The position numbers and the translations under genes were made by a program. Shown in pieces: positions 1-10,405 of a DNA stretch of 64,000 nt (the stretch's first letter is position 1; each line of letters opens with the position of its first letter). The notes under the pieces were generated by a model, which made no database searches, had not been told where the DNA came from, and saw only the letters and a program-made list of their open reading frames with translations. Origin of the DNA: Brevinema andersonii (lineage in GTDB: Bacteria > Spirochaetota > DYKD01); the NCBI GenBank assembly GCA_020722765.1, contig DYKD01000008.1, positions 1,304 to 65,303 on the forward strand, written 5' to 3'.

Positions 1-15
1 CTGGGGCTTGTCACT

Positions 16-234
16 ATGCCGAAAAAATTCGAGAATGCGATAGAACGGTTCGAATTCTATCCTCCTCCAAACGACAGGACAAAAATAAATGTTTCCATGA
101 TCAGTTACAAGAAAGAAACATTCATAAGTTTTGGAAGCCTTCTTGCACACCGCAATCTTGAAAGGTATTTCTTTACAACTCTTGTGAAAGCTGGAATCCA
201 TGTGAAGATAGAAACAAACGAAAACGGAGAGTAA
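16..234 (+). CDS. hypothetical protein (small ORF at window edge)
   Basis: 72-aa ORF with ATG start and no recognisable motif; the upstream context is truncated by the window edge. Confidence 0.2.
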   Translation: MPKKFENAIERFEFYPPPNDRTKINVSMISYKKETFISFGSLLAHRNLERYFFTTLVKAGIHVKIETNENGE

Positions 235-238
235 CCCT

Positions 239-958
239 ATGACCTATTGTTCAAAATGCGGAGTTGAGCTTGATTCCTCCTTGTCGCAGTGCCCTCTTTG
301 TTCCCTTCCTGTGCCAAAAAAACTCCGTCAAAAAGGGAAAGCATCCTTCCCTGTTAAGACTACAGAAATCGAATCAAACCATGCACATCACTATTCTCCA
401 AGACGCAAACTTGCAATCTCTGCTGTCTTAGTGACAATCCTGTTCCTTATTCCTACGCTCATCCTGTTAGCGACTGCCAATTATAACCAGAAAAACCTGA
501 ATTGGGCGCTTTACCCATTGCTCATGCTTACAACATCATGGTCATATATTCTCATTATGATCGTTTTTTTTAACAGGAAAATCCTGGCTTTCGCTACCTA
601 TCTCATACTGACACCTTTAGTACTCTTCCTAGTCGACAAGACAGATGCAACAGCGGAATGGTTTTTTACTTATGGAATTCCTATCATCGCATCCTTCTAT
701 TCACTTCTCCTACTGTCAGGCCTGATCATACACAGATTCCTTAAAAGACCTCTTCATATCACAGCAACCATCCTGATAGCCATCTCAATATTCCTAGTCC
801 TGCTTGAGATGATTGTCAACTTCAATGTGTTCAAAATATTTATTTTAAGATGGTCCCTCATCTGTATAGCCGCTCTTGTCCCAGTATCCATCTTTCTCAT
901 CAGCATCTCTTTTCTTTTGAAACGCCCCGCCGACTTGAAGAAAATTTTCAGGTTTTAA
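239..958 (+). CDS. membrane protein with N-terminal zinc-ribbon
   Basis: The N-terminus has two CxxC pairs (CSKCG...CPLCS). It is followed by about 6 hydrophobic helices. The 3' end overlaps the clpB stop on the opposite strand. Confidence 0.5.
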   Translation: MTYCSKCGVELDSSLSQCPLCSLPVPKKLRQKGKASFPVKTTEIESNHAHHYSPRRKLAISAVLVTILFLIPTLILLATANYNQKNLNWALYPLLMLTTSWSYILIMIVFFNRKILAFATYLILTPLVLFLVDKTDATAEWFFTYGIPIIASFYSLLLLSGLIIHRFLKRPLHITATILIAISIFLVLLEMIVNFNVFKIFILRWSLICIAALVPVSIFLISISFLLKRPADLKKIFRF

Positions 959-3539
959 AGACCAGTCCCTTCTGTCCTTTGTCCACAAATACCTTTGAAT
1001 TTTCTTTGACTGTCCCGTTCAATATCTCCACAGATATCCTGTTCAGGACTTCCCTCTCTATTGTCCTCTTCAAAGGACGTGCACCAAACTGCGGATCAAA
1101 GCCTTCCTCCCCTAAAAAATCAAGAGCCTTGTCGGAAATTTCAAAATCGATGTTTTTAGCTTTCAAAAGATTCCGCACATGATGGAGTTGAAGGCTGACG
1201 ATCTTCCTGATCTCTTTCTCTCCAAGCCTATTAAAGACAACAATTTCGTCTACCCTGTTAAGGAATTCAGGTCTGAAATTTTGCTTCAACTCGAGCGAGA
1301 CCTTTTCCTGCAATTCTTCAGGCTTCAAATCCTGCAACATGAGATGGCCACCTATGTTGGATGTCATAATCAGGATAGTATTCTTGAAATTCACAAGTCT
1401 GCCTTTGCTGTCCGTGAGCCTGCCATCATCCATGACTTGAAGGAGTATGTTGAACACATCAGGATGAGCTTTCTCAATCTCATCAAAAAGCACTACTGAA
1501 TATGGTTTTCTTCGCACTAATTCAGTCAGTTTCCCACCCTCGTCATAACCGACATATCCAGGAGGTGCTCCTATCAGTTTTGATACAGAATGCTTTTCCA
1601 TGAACTCGGACATGTCAATACGGACCATCATGTCACGGTCGTCAAAAAGGAATTCCGCCAAAGACTTGGCAAGTTCCGTCTTTCCGACTCCTGTAGGACC
1701 AAGAAATATAAAAGTACCGATAGGCCTGTTCGGATCCTGCAGGCCAGCCTTACTTCTTCGTATCGCATTTCCCACGGCTTCAATGGCGCTATCCTGTCCG
1801 ACAACACTCTCCTTCAACTTTTCTTCCACATGGAGGTATTTCTGTATTTCACTTTCCATCATCTTGGACACAGGGATATTCGTCCAGCGCGAGACGATTT
1901 CAGCTATGGCCTCATCATCAATCTCTTCCTTGATCAGAAGCTGCTGTGATTTCTGTAATTCCTTGAGTGCAGCGCTCAGTTCTTCCATTTTCTTATCAAG
2001 CCTGGGTCTCTTGTCATACCTGATTTCAGCAACTGCAGTCAAGTCACCTTTGCGCTCAAGCTGCTGTTCCTGCACCACAAGGCTGTCAATGTCCTCTTTT
2101 GCCTTCCTCATTCCAAGTATGATTTTCTTCTGGCTCTCAAGCTGTGCACGCATGCGCGTGGAAGTCTCTTTCAGTTCAGCAAGCTCACGTTCAATTTCAG
2201 AAAGCTTCTCTCCACCAAAACCTGCACGCTTCTCCTTCTTCAAAGCTTCACGTTCTATTTCCAGTTGTGTGATTCTTCTGGAAACCTGGTCAAGCTCTTC
2301 AGGCATACTGTCAATCTCAATACGTAATTTTGATGCGGCCTCGTCAAGCAAGTCAATGGCTTTGTCTGGAAGAAACCTGTCTGTTATGTAACGGTGGGAA
2401 AGCGTCGCTGCTGCGATGATCGCAGAATCCAAAATCTTGATGCCATGGAAGACCTCATACTTATCCTTCAACCCGCGTAGGATTGTAATCGTATCTTCAA
2501 CAGAAGGCTCATCAGTGTACACAGGCTGGAATCTTCGCTCCAACGCCTTGTCCTTTTCAATATACTTCTGATACTCATTAAGTGTTGTGGCTCCAATGCA
2601 CCTCAGCTCTCCTCTCGCAAGAGAAGGCTTTAACATGTTGGATGCGTCAACAGCACCTTCTGTGGCGCCAGCTCCTACGATCGTGTGGAGCTCATCAATG
2701 AACAGGATAATCTCTCCCTTTGAATCAGTTACTTCTTTCAGTACGGCTTTCAAACGATCCTCGAATTCACCCCTATATTTTGCACCTGCAATAAGCCTTC
2801 CCATATCAAGTGCGACAATTCTCTTGTTTCGTAACGCATCTGGAACATCATGATTGACAACACGGAGAGCCAGACCTTCAACAATAGCTGTTTTTCCTAC
2901 TCCCGGTTCCCCTATCAGTACAGGATTATTCTTTGTCCTTCTGGAAAGGACCTGAATCACACGCCTAATCTCTTCATCCCGTCCAATGACAGGATCAAGC
3001 TTTCCACGTGACGCACGTTCAGTAAGATCAACTGTATATTTATCCAAGACCTGTGTTTTTGCTTCTGGATCCTGGTCTGTAACCCTCTGGCTCCCCCTTA
3101 TCTTTGCAAGAGCCTGCAAAATCAAATCATGAGTGATGCCGTTTTTCTTGAGCAGGTCTGCAACACCTGTCTTTGATTTCGCAAAAGCGAGAAGAATATG
3201 TTCTACACTGAGGAAGTCATCCTTCAATGCTTCCTGCTCTTTTCCAGCAACTCGCAAGAGCTCAGCCAGGCTATTTGACATGGTTACATTGTTGATTCCT
3301 ACATCCGTATAGGCTTTCGGAAGTTTAGAAATCACAGTTCCAATCTCAGACTGAAGCATTTGGACGCTCACACCGATTTGGTTGAAAAGCGCACCTGCAA
3401 CAGTCTCCTGGTCATCAAGAATCACCTGAAAAAGATGTTCAGGCAACATCTCCTGGTGATTATTCTCAATAGCCAGTTGGGAAGCGTTCTGCAAAGCTTC
3501 CTGGACTTTTATTGTTAACTTATTCGGGTTCATAGACAT
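948..3539 (-). CDS. clpB: ATP-dependent chaperone ClpB
   Basis: 863 aa with two AAA+ modules (GEPGVGKT and GPTGVGKT Walker A motifs). A long coiled-coil middle domain is present. The Clp N-domain is [15 protein letters not shown]. Confidence 0.95.
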   Translation of the reverse strand: MSMNPNKLTIKVQEALQNASQLAIENNHQEMLPEHLFQVILDDQETVAGALFNQIGVSVQMLQSEIGTVISKLPKAYTDVGINNVTMSNSLAELLRVAGKEQEALKDDFLSVEHILLAFAKSKTGVADLLKKNGITHDLILQALAKIRGSQRVTDQDPEAKTQVLDKYTVDLTERASRGKLDPVIGRDEEIRRVIQVLSRRTKNNPVLIGEPGVGKTAIVEGLALRVVNHDVPDALRNKRIVALDMGRLIAGAKYRGEFEDRLKAVLKEVTDSKGEIILFIDELHTIVGAGATEGAVDASNMLKPSLARGELRCIGATTLNEYQKYIEKDKALERRFQPVYTDEPSVEDTITILRGLKDKYEVFHGIKILDSAIIAAATLSHRYITDRFLPDKAIDLLDEAASKLRIEIDSMPEELDQVSRRITQLEIEREALKKEKRAGFGGEKLSEIERELAELKETSTRMRAQLESQKKIILGMRKAKEDIDSLVVQEQQLERKGDLTAVAEIRYDKRPRLDKKMEELSAALKELQKSQQLLIKEEIDDEAIAEIVSRWTNIPVSKMMESEIQKYLHVEEKLKESVVGQDSAIEAVGNAIRRSKAGLQDPNRPIGTFIFLGPTGVGKTELAKSLAEFLFDDRDMMVRIDMSEFMEKHSVSKLIGAPPGYVGYDEGGKLTELVRRKPYSVVLFDEIEKAHPDVFNILLQVMDDGRLTDSKGRLVNFKNTILIMTSNIGGHLMLQDLKPEELQEKVSLELKQNFRPEFLNRVDEIVVFNRLGEKEIRKIVSLQLHHVRNLLKAKNIDFEISDKALDFLGEEGFDPQFGARPLKRTIEREVLNRISVEILNGTVKENSKVFVDKGQKGLVFKT

Positions 3540-3825
3540 CTCCTTATTTCACAAGACATGTCATTAAAGACATTTCTCATTCAACGGATATTAATGTAAT
3601 TCCTCGAAACCTTATTGTCAATGACCTGTATTACATAGACCATTTTTCTATATTCCAGTCAGCATGGAAAGCATTCCTTCATTTCATTCCGGTTGTTGAG
3701 CGAAGTAGTCCCATTTCTCCAAACTTGCCAAAACCTGTTTTCCTCATTATTCTTGAATTTCCAGATAACATTGAAATCGACCAAATATGTCTGATCCATC
3801 ATCCTTAAAAGGAGCCAGCCTTTTT

Positions 3826-4755
3826 ATGAAAAAAACAACCCTGCTTTTACTAGTCCTTCTTCCTGTTCTCATCCATGCATCCAAAGAAATCAGGTTTCCT
3901 GAACCATTCCCACTCACAGATACAGGATGGAAAAACCCGTGGTCTGCGACACAAGATGTAAACAGCATCACATTGAAACTGACGCATAAAAACAATGTCT
4001 CCTACAAATATTCCACACTCTCCTACACAATAAAAAACATTTCAACTCCGCTGACAGCAGAGAAAGAGTTTTCCAGCGATGGCATTGTGAAAGTAAGAAT
4101 CACTGGCAAAACCAACGGTCTCCCTCTTTTTCTTGTTGAAGGGAAAATCAAGACTGTCGTTCCGGAATTCATGCAGCAAGAGACTTATGCACTCACACCT
4201 CAGAATAAAATCAGACATTTCAGGTCCGGACGTCTTACTGTCAAGGTAGGTCCTCTCAAATTCGATTTCATCTTCAAAAACAGAGAACGTTCAGATGAAT
4301 ATCCAGCAGCACCTATACGTCTGGGACATACCTGGCGTAATTATGAAAAAACAGGATATACGGACAGCAAAGGGAAGGGAATCTCCCTCACAGTCATAAG
4401 CAATTACAGGACTCTTGTCTCTGTTTCCACAGAAGGGAAAAAACGGACAGCCTTCATTCTCATCCAATCGAAAACACATGACTATTCCACTATTGCAGGG
4501 GGACCGCCCAGAAAAAACAAGGATCCAAACAGATATTCGATCTCATTAGGTTGGACGCTTTTTGACATTGACGATGGCGCTATCATAAAAACAGTCATCA
4601 ACAAGATCCCTGTTGAGAAAACTGATTATGACTCGTTCAAACCATCAACACCGGACAACATAAGATTGTTTGATGGACTTCTAAAAAAAGCGACTGCAGG
4701 AGAAGACCCGATTTTCATTTCACAGGACATCGTAACCCAAACATACATCCAATAG
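3826..4755 (+). CDS. secreted hypothetical protein
   Basis: The ORF is 3787..4755. The internal ATG at 3826 is preceded by AAAGGAG and begins a signal peptide, MKKTTLLLLVLLPVLIHA. There are no recognisable catalytic motifs. Confidence 0.5.
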   Translation: MKKTTLLLLVLLPVLIHASKEIRFPEPFPLTDTGWKNPWSATQDVNSITLKLTHKNNVSYKYSTLSYTIKNISTPLTAEKEFSSDGIVKVRITGKTNGLPLFLVEGKIKTVVPEFMQQETYALTPQNKIRHFRSGRLTVKVGPLKFDFIFKNRERSDEYPAAPIRLGHTWRNYEKTGYTDSKGKGISLTVISNYRTLVSVSTEGKKRTAFILIQSKTHDYSTIAGGPPRKNKDPNRYSISLGWTLFDIDDGAIIKTVINKIPVEKTDYDSFKPSTPDNIRLFDGLLKKATAGEDPIFISQDIVTQTYIQ

Positions 4756-4800
4756 CTTAATTCAAAAATTCATCTCCTTGTTCTAATCCTTCACGCCCCC

Positions 4801-4829
4801 TTGACAAAAAAATCAAGTGACATTAAATT
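4801..4829 (+). promoter_or_regulatory. sigma70-like promoter upstream of hsp20
   Basis: TTGACA (4801-4806), a 17-nt spacer, then TAAATT (4824-4829), about 35 nt upstream of the hsp20 ATG. No CIRCE element is seen. Confidence 0.4.
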
Positions 4830-4865
4830 CTGATCATAAAATAAAACATCAAGGAGGTACATGAT

Positions 4866-5303
4866 ATGAATATCGTAAGGTTCGACCCGTTCCAGGAAAT
4901 CGAGGCTCTTCAGAATGATCTTGGAAGGCTTTTTAACGTGATGTCCGCTGCAAGAGGGACTAGGAAACAGGAGGCCACTCTTTGGAACCCGTATGTGGAC
5001 ATTTCCGAAACAAAAGACGCCTACAAGATCAAAGTTGACATGCCAGGGATTCCAAAGGATCAGATTGAGGTACAGGTAACAGGAAACGTACTCACATTAA
5101 AAGGCGAGAAAAAACCGGAGATGGAACAGAAAGACGAAACTTTTTTCAGAAGAGAAAGAGTCTTTGGATCTTTCTTAAGGGAGATTGCCCTGCCGCAAAA
5201 TGTCGATGCTGAAAAGATCAAGGCCACAAGCATAAATGGAGTACTCACTGTTGAACTGCCTAAATCTGAGAAATCAAAACAGAAACTGATCAAAGTTGAA
5301 TAA
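4866..5303 (+). CDS. Hsp20/alpha-crystallin family small heat-shock protein
   Basis: 145 aa with an alpha-crystallin domain pattern (PYVDISETKDAYKIKVDMPGIPKDQIEVQV ... GVLTVELPK). An AAGGAGG RBS is present. Confidence 0.85.
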   Translation: MNIVRFDPFQEIEALQNDLGRLFNVMSAARGTRKQEATLWNPYVDISETKDAYKIKVDMPGIPKDQIEVQVTGNVLTLKGEKKPEMEQKDETFFRRERVFGSFLREIALPQNVDAEKIKATSINGVLTVELPKSEKSKQKLIKVE

Positions 5304-5312
5304 CCTGCACTT

Positions 5313-5369
5313 CTCCTGTCCCCTTTCCCAAACAGTAAAATACTCACTTTTTAGGTAAGGGGACAGGAG
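5313..5369 (+). terminator. possible terminator hairpin after hsp20
   Basis: A 13-bp stem (CTCCTGTCCCCTT / AAGGGGACAGGAG) followed by ATTTTCC. The loop is long at about 31 nt, so this is weak. Confidence 0.3.
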
Positions 5370-5531
5370 ATTTTCCACTTCCAAATCCAAAACACTTCTT
5401 CTATCCTTCTATCGTAAAATCTCTTTTCCTTCAAAATATATAACCATTCTTCAACACTAATATTTTGACGAAGCAGCTGAAAACCGTTATCTTAAATTTC
5501 GATTTAAAAAAATTCTTGTAGGAGACTCTCC

Positions 5532-6872
5532 ATGTTCATGACCATACTCGGCGTCATTTATAGTATCATAGGACTAGGCATCCTCATATTCATCCATGAA
5601 CTTGGACATTTCCTTGCTGCCAAGGCAAACGGAATACGTGTGGATACCTTTTCTCTTGGTTTTGGAAAACCGCTATTCAGCTTCAAACGTGGAGATACAA
5701 GCTACCAAATCGCAGCATTCCCTCTTGGCGGATTCTGCAAAATGGCAGGCGAAGAGCTCAAAGACGGCACCACAGGAGCTCCGTATGAATTCTATTCCAA
5801 ACCACCTCAGGCTAGACTTACTGTTGTCTTAGCTGGCCCTTTCTTTAACTATCTCTTCGGCATCCTACTCTTTGCAGTTCTTTTCCTTTTTCCTCAACAG
5901 AACGAAACATTCACAAACAAGATCGATGTGATGAAAACATTGGAGATCAACAACCAAACAAACCTAAGCCCTGCCTTTGTTGCTGGTCTCAAACCGGGTG
6001 ACATCATCACAGAAGTCAACGGGAAAAAAATAAGCAACTGGAACGACATCCGGACTTATATCATGAAAAATTTCGATGAGGACAAGAAAATCGTCGTACA
6101 ACGTGGTGCTAACAATCTTGAAATCATGATTAAACCCGTACTGGAACGGAATACCGGGTTGGCCATGATCGGCATAAATCCTTATACTGAACCACGTATC
6201 AGCGAAGTCAAAGCAGACTCCCCTGCGGACAAAGCTGGTCTCATCAAAAACGACCTGATTGTACAAGTGGATGGAATCCGCGTCAATTCGGCCAATGCCG
6301 TTTCAGACGCCATAAAACAGAGCAAGAACAGGAGATTCAACATCCATGTAAAACGCGGCCAGATCGAACTAAAAAAACAGATTGTCTTTGGTGCAAATGA
6401 GGAAAAAATGTTGGGAGTCCAATTCAAACCTGAAACAATCATCGTAAAAGAACCTGCCAACAATCCATTCAAAGCTGTAGCGCTTGGTTTCAACAAAGCC
6501 AATACTGTCATAGGTCAGACAATCATGGGTTTGAAAGTCCTGATACAGGGAAAATTGAATGCAAAAGAAAGCGTAGGTGGACCCGTAAAAATCCTGTATT
6601 TTTCCACTCTGATAGCAAAACATGGCGGAGTGATTGCTTTCCTCTCATTCATTGCCATGCTCAGTGTCCTTCTCGGTTTTTTCAACCTTCTTCCCATTCC
6701 ACCAATTGATGGAAGTTTCGCACTTGTTTTCATATATGAATGGATTTCCGGGAAAAAGCTGAACATGAAAGCGATCGAAGTCGTTCAAACCATAGGATTT
6801 TTCATACTCATAGCACTGATGGTTATCATCGTTTTCAACGACATCCTGTTCATTGGCAAAAACGCATTCTAA
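5532..6872 (+). CDS. rseP: RIP site-2 zinc metalloprotease RseP
   Basis: The HELGH zinc motif sits in the first transmembrane segment. PDZ domains are present. The C-terminal motif is LLPIPPIDGS, and the protein is 446 aa. Confidence 0.85.
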   Translation: MFMTILGVIYSIIGLGILIFIHELGHFLAAKANGIRVDTFSLGFGKPLFSFKRGDTSYQIAAFPLGGFCKMAGEELKDGTTGAPYEFYSKPPQARLTVVLAGPFFNYLFGILLFAVLFLFPQQNETFTNKIDVMKTLEINNQTNLSPAFVAGLKPGDIITEVNGKKISNWNDIRTYIMKNFDEDKKIVVQRGANNLEIMIKPVLERNTGLAMIGINPYTEPRISEVKADSPADKAGLIKNDLIVQVDGIRVNSANAVSDAIKQSKNRRFNIHVKRGQIELKKQIVFGANEEKMLGVQFKPETIIVKEPANNPFKAVALGFNKANTVIGQTIMGLKVLIQGKLNAKESVGGPVKILYFSTLIAKHGGVIAFLSFIAMLSVLLGFFNLLPIPPIDGSFALVFIYEWISGKKLNMKAIEVVQTIGFFILIALMVIIVFNDILFIGKNAF

Positions 6873-6955
6873 AGGAAATCTGATTCGCTTCCAGAACAAG
6901 TTGAACGAATCAGCCGGTCGAAACATGAAAATCATAGAAAAAAGGGAATGAAAAG

Positions 6956-8794
6956 ATGCTCTCTTATCCAAGAAACGACATCATCAAGTCCCTCAGCACA
7001 CAGGAAATACCATTCCCTTTCGAAATCTTTCCAACAAAAGAAAATGTCCCTACCATACGTGTTGAATTTGAAGGACGTAAGGTTTTTCTTCATAGCAGGT
7101 TCAAACCGCTGGAAGAAACTGAAAAACTGACATCACAGTGCGATCCCAACAGTTCTGTCATCATCTGTGGCGGGTTCGGATTAGGGTATCTCCCTGCATC
7201 GCTCCTTGCCCGATCTCCCAAAGCAGTTGTCATTGTCCTTGAAAAAGAACCAGGCATTATCCGTTGCGCCTTGGAAAACAATCCTGAAGCAGAAACGATT
7301 CTTAGAAACGAGAGATTCTTTCTCTTGACAGAACCGCAGGATGTCATCACCCTTCTCCAATCCGGTATTTCAACAAAATCAGCATCCTATTATTTCCACA
7401 GACCATCAGTGGAACTCTTCCCCAGTTTCTATTCTGATTTCCGGACCCTGCTCCTCACATTCCTTCAGAAAAAAAATATCAACATAGCCACACTGTCCCG
7501 CTTTGAAAAGATTTGGGCACGCAACATCACCAAAAACATCAACTGCATACTCAACGATGGTGGCGTTTCCGAATTCGCAGGTATCCTGAAAGGCGCTCCT
7601 GCTGTGCTTGTTTGCGCAGGACCTTCCCTGGATAAACATATCGAAACTCTCAGGAAACTGAAGGAAACATGCCTCATCTGTGCTGTTGATTCAGCAGTCT
7701 ACAGGATCTTACGTTCAGACATCATGCCTGACATCATCTTTACTGTCGATCCCCAGCTCCTCAATTTCTATTTTTTTTTCCTGACAAGAAAATTCAAAGT
7801 CACGTCACGGCTTGTCTATGAACCGTCCACATATTTCAGGATACCCAACGGGTTTTCTGGAAAACGGCATTCCTTCGATTCCATCTTCCCCCTGATACAA
7901 TGGGTTGCCAGCACCACTTCTCCAAAAGGAGAACTTGACATGGGTGGATCAGTTTCCACGTCTGCTTTTGACCTCCTTTACAGGATGGGAGCTGGAACCA
8001 TTACCCTCATCGGTCAGGACATGGCTTTTTCATACAACAAGACTCACGCTTCAGGCTCCCTCGTCGAATACGTACTTCTCAAACGGAATACACGAACAAA
8101 AAACCTTGAATCTCTATCCAACAGGTTAACTGGTTCCAATGTCATAGTAAAAATCAAAAGCAACTCAGGAAAAATGGTGAATTCAGACAGAAGACTTCTG
8201 CTCTTTTACTGGTGGTTTGAGAACAAAGTGAAAAAATTATCTGCCTGCAAAGTCTTCACCATTTCCGAAGAAGCATCAGCAATCAAAGGAATCGACTATC
8301 TCCAGGCTGATGAGCTTGAACGCATGATTGATTCCTCTCCCATTAAATTCGACAGGAAAACCCTGAACCTTCCGGATCCCGCAACCCCTGATCTTGGAAA
8401 ATTCCGAAATGAAACTGAAAAAACAGCCCAATCATTAAGAGACCTCATCCACAAGATGAATGAAGCCGTGGATCTGGCAGAAAAAGCATACAGAGCCATA
8501 AAGACAGCAAACCTCTCTGTACTACCAAAATATGTCAGAGGGATGGATGCGATTGACAAGTATATACGCGAACGCCAGCAGGAAAACCGGCTGATCGGCA
8601 TTACCATGCAACGTGTGATACATTCCATCATAGAAGATTATGAGGATTACCTTTCTGCAGAGGAAAAGCAGAACAAGGATCTTGCTGCCATCAGAAAATC
8701 ACTTCTCATGTATACGGAAATGAAAAAAAGTGCTGAATATAACCTGGGCTTGTTTGAAGGACTGAAAAAAAGCATAACAGTACAAAACCAGTGA
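6956..8794 (+). CDS. DUF115 / MptE-like (motility accessory factor Maf-like) protein
   Basis: Contains a Rossmann-like core (VLVCAGPSLDKHIETLRKLKETCLICAVDSAVYRILRSDIMPDIIFTVDPQ). This is typical of 6-hydroxymethylpterin-diphosphokinase-like/Maf proteins implicated in flagellin glycosylation. Confidence 0.55.
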   Translation: MLSYPRNDIIKSLSTQEIPFPFEIFPTKENVPTIRVEFEGRKVFLHSRFKPLEETEKLTSQCDPNSSVIICGGFGLGYLPASLLARSPKAVVIVLEKEPGIIRCALENNPEAETILRNERFFLLTEPQDVITLLQSGISTKSASYYFHRPSVELFPSFYSDFRTLLLTFLQKKNINIATLSRFEKIWARNITKNINCILNDGGVSEFAGILKGAPAVLVCAGPSLDKHIETLRKLKETCLICAVDSAVYRILRSDIMPDIIFTVDPQLLNFYFFFLTRKFKVTSRLVYEPSTYFRIPNGFSGKRHSFDSIFPLIQWVASTTSPKGELDMGGSVSTSAFDLLYRMGAGTITLIGQDMAFSYNKTHASGSLVEYVLLKRNTRTKNLESLSNRLTGSNVIVKIKSNSGKMVNSDRRLLLFYWWFENKVKKLSACKVFTISEEASAIKGIDYLQADELERMIDSSPIKFDRKTLNLPDPATPDLGKFRNETEKTAQSLRDLIHKMNEAVDLAEKAYRAIKTANLSVLPKYVRGMDAIDKYIRERQQENRLIGITMQRVIHSIIEDYEDYLSAEEKQNKDLAAIRKSLLMYTEMKKSAEYNLGLFEGLKKSITVQNQ

Positions 8795-8860
8795 TCCCAC
8801 AGACAGAAATATCCACTTTCTGAACTTTTCTGTAGAAAGAAAAAAGAAGGAGCATCCATA

Positions 8861-9595
8861 ATGAAACAGAATAAGAATGAACTTAAAAAACTGATCTGTG
8901 AAATTGGCCGTAGATGCTGGACACGCGGTTATGTAGCTGCCAATGATGGCAATATTTCCATCCGGATGGATGATGAAACTATCCTTGCCACTCCTACTGG
9001 TGTCAGCAAAGGGTTCATGACACCTGACATGATTGTGACATTGGACAAAGAGCATAATCAGCGTTCCCCTGTAAAAAACTGGAAAGTCTCAAGTGAAATA
9101 GCAATGCACTATGAAGCGTACAGGCAAAGGCCGGACATAAAAGCAGTCGTTCATATGCACCCGCCTTACGCTACAAGCTTTGCTGTTACAGGGATTGAAC
9201 TGGATCATTATATCATGACAGAGGCTGTTGTCACATTAGGACCAGTAGGTATTGCACCTTTTGCCACTCCCTCAACACAGGAAGTTCCTGACTCCATCAA
9301 GGAATTAATAAAAAGATCCGATGCGCTCCTTTTGGCTAACCATGGAGCACTTACCGTGGGGGCAGACCTCCTTTCAGCTTATGAACGAATGGAAACACTG
9401 GAACATTATGCCCATATCTTGTCACTATCCTTTCATTTAGGAACACCTGTCCATTTTTCAGATGAACAAATATCAAAACTACTTGAAATGAAACAAAAAA
9501 TGCATGTTCCAGGTAAAATTGACATGGATAGGAAGCCCAAAGGATCCCAAAATAATCCTTTCCTGGAAAACATCCTAAAACACCAGGATAAATAA
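8861..9595 (+). CDS. class II aldolase/adducin family protein
   Basis: 244 aa with the aldolase_II N-terminal pattern (GYVAANDGNISIRMDD...ILATPTGVSKG) and histidine motifs (VVHMHPPYATSF). Confidence 0.7.
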   Translation: MKQNKNELKKLICEIGRRCWTRGYVAANDGNISIRMDDETILATPTGVSKGFMTPDMIVTLDKEHNQRSPVKNWKVSSEIAMHYEAYRQRPDIKAVVHMHPPYATSFAVTGIELDHYIMTEAVVTLGPVGIAPFATPSTQEVPDSIKELIKRSDALLLANHGALTVGADLLSAYERMETLEHYAHILSLSFHLGTPVHFSDEQISKLLEMKQKMHVPGKIDMDRKPKGSQNNPFLENILKHQDK

Positions 9596-9736
9596 TCAGG
9601 ATAATAATACAGAAAAAATTGTTTTTTTTCATATTCAAATATATTTTATAAATAGATGCCGAAAATGGGCAGGTTTATTTGGACAACAAATAGGTATGGG
9701 GTATTGTGGAGATCTTACAAGACAGGAGACTCCTCA

Positions 9737-10405
9737 ATGCCAGGATTGGAAGAAGAGCTTTCGCAAAATAGTATTGTTATCCCGTTGCTTCTTGAAATAA
9801 TGGAAAAAAAAGACATTGACACTCTCAACCATTCTTCACGCGTTCAAGGAATCATAAACCAATTTATTCCTATCCTTATTGAAAAAAACATAATCACTGA
9901 AGCCGAAACTCCGGACTTATGGACTGCCTCCATACTTCATGACATTGGAAAATTATTTGTCCAAAATGAAATTCTCTGTAGCGCCAACAGGTTGAGCGAC
10001 AAGGAATATGACCATATCAAAAACCATCCTGTCCGTGGATACAATCTTTTAAAAGCCCTTGATATTCCAGACCAGATCAAGCTGGCGGTGAAACATCATC
10101 ATGAAAGATGGGATGGGAATAAAGACGCCCTTTTCCCTGCATATCCTGACGGTCTGAAAGGGGAGAAAATTCCTCTCTATGCAAGGATTATCAGTCTTGC
10201 AGACACCTATGACGCCCTCATATCTGCACGCCCTTATAAAACACCCATGACAGCTTCTAGAGCCATCGAAATCATTGAAAAAAATTCAGGAACACAGTTT
10301 GATCCCGTCTTGGACATGCTCTTTGTAGAAACAATGTACGCATTAGAAAAAAAACAAAAAAATACCGTTACTTCTTCTTCTCCATCTTTCCCCATGTATC
10401 TTTGA
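9737..10405 (+). CDS. HD-GYP domain protein (GYP motif degenerate)
   Basis: The HD motif is [14 protein letters not shown] is followed by AYPDGL where the canonical GYP is expected. The ORF extends upstream to 9656, so the start is uncertain. Confidence 0.55.
   Translation: MPGLEEELSQNSIVIPLLLEIMEKKDIDTLNHSSRVQGIINQFIPILIEKNIITEAETPDLWTASILHDIGKLFVQNEILCSANRLSDKEYDHIKNHPVRGYNLLKALDIPDQIKLAVKHHHERWDGNKDALFPAYPDGLKGEKIPLYARIISLADTYDALISARPYKTPMTASRAIEIIEKNSGTQFDPVLDMLFVETMYALEKKQKNTVTSSSPSFPMYL

Noticed and set aside
1179-2853. Plus-strand ORFs inside clpB (1179..1499, 1590..1949, 1600..2391, 2587..2853)
   Set aside because: They lie antisense within a confidently identified ClpB CDS, have Ser-rich low-complexity translations, and have no RBS.
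3540-4865. CIRCE (HrcA) or sigma32 heat-shock elements upstream of clpB and hsp20
   Set aside because: No TTAGCACTC-N9-GAGTGCTAA inverted repeat and no CTTGAAA...CCCCAT-type promoter were seen. Only a sigma70-like promoter upstream of hsp20 is present.
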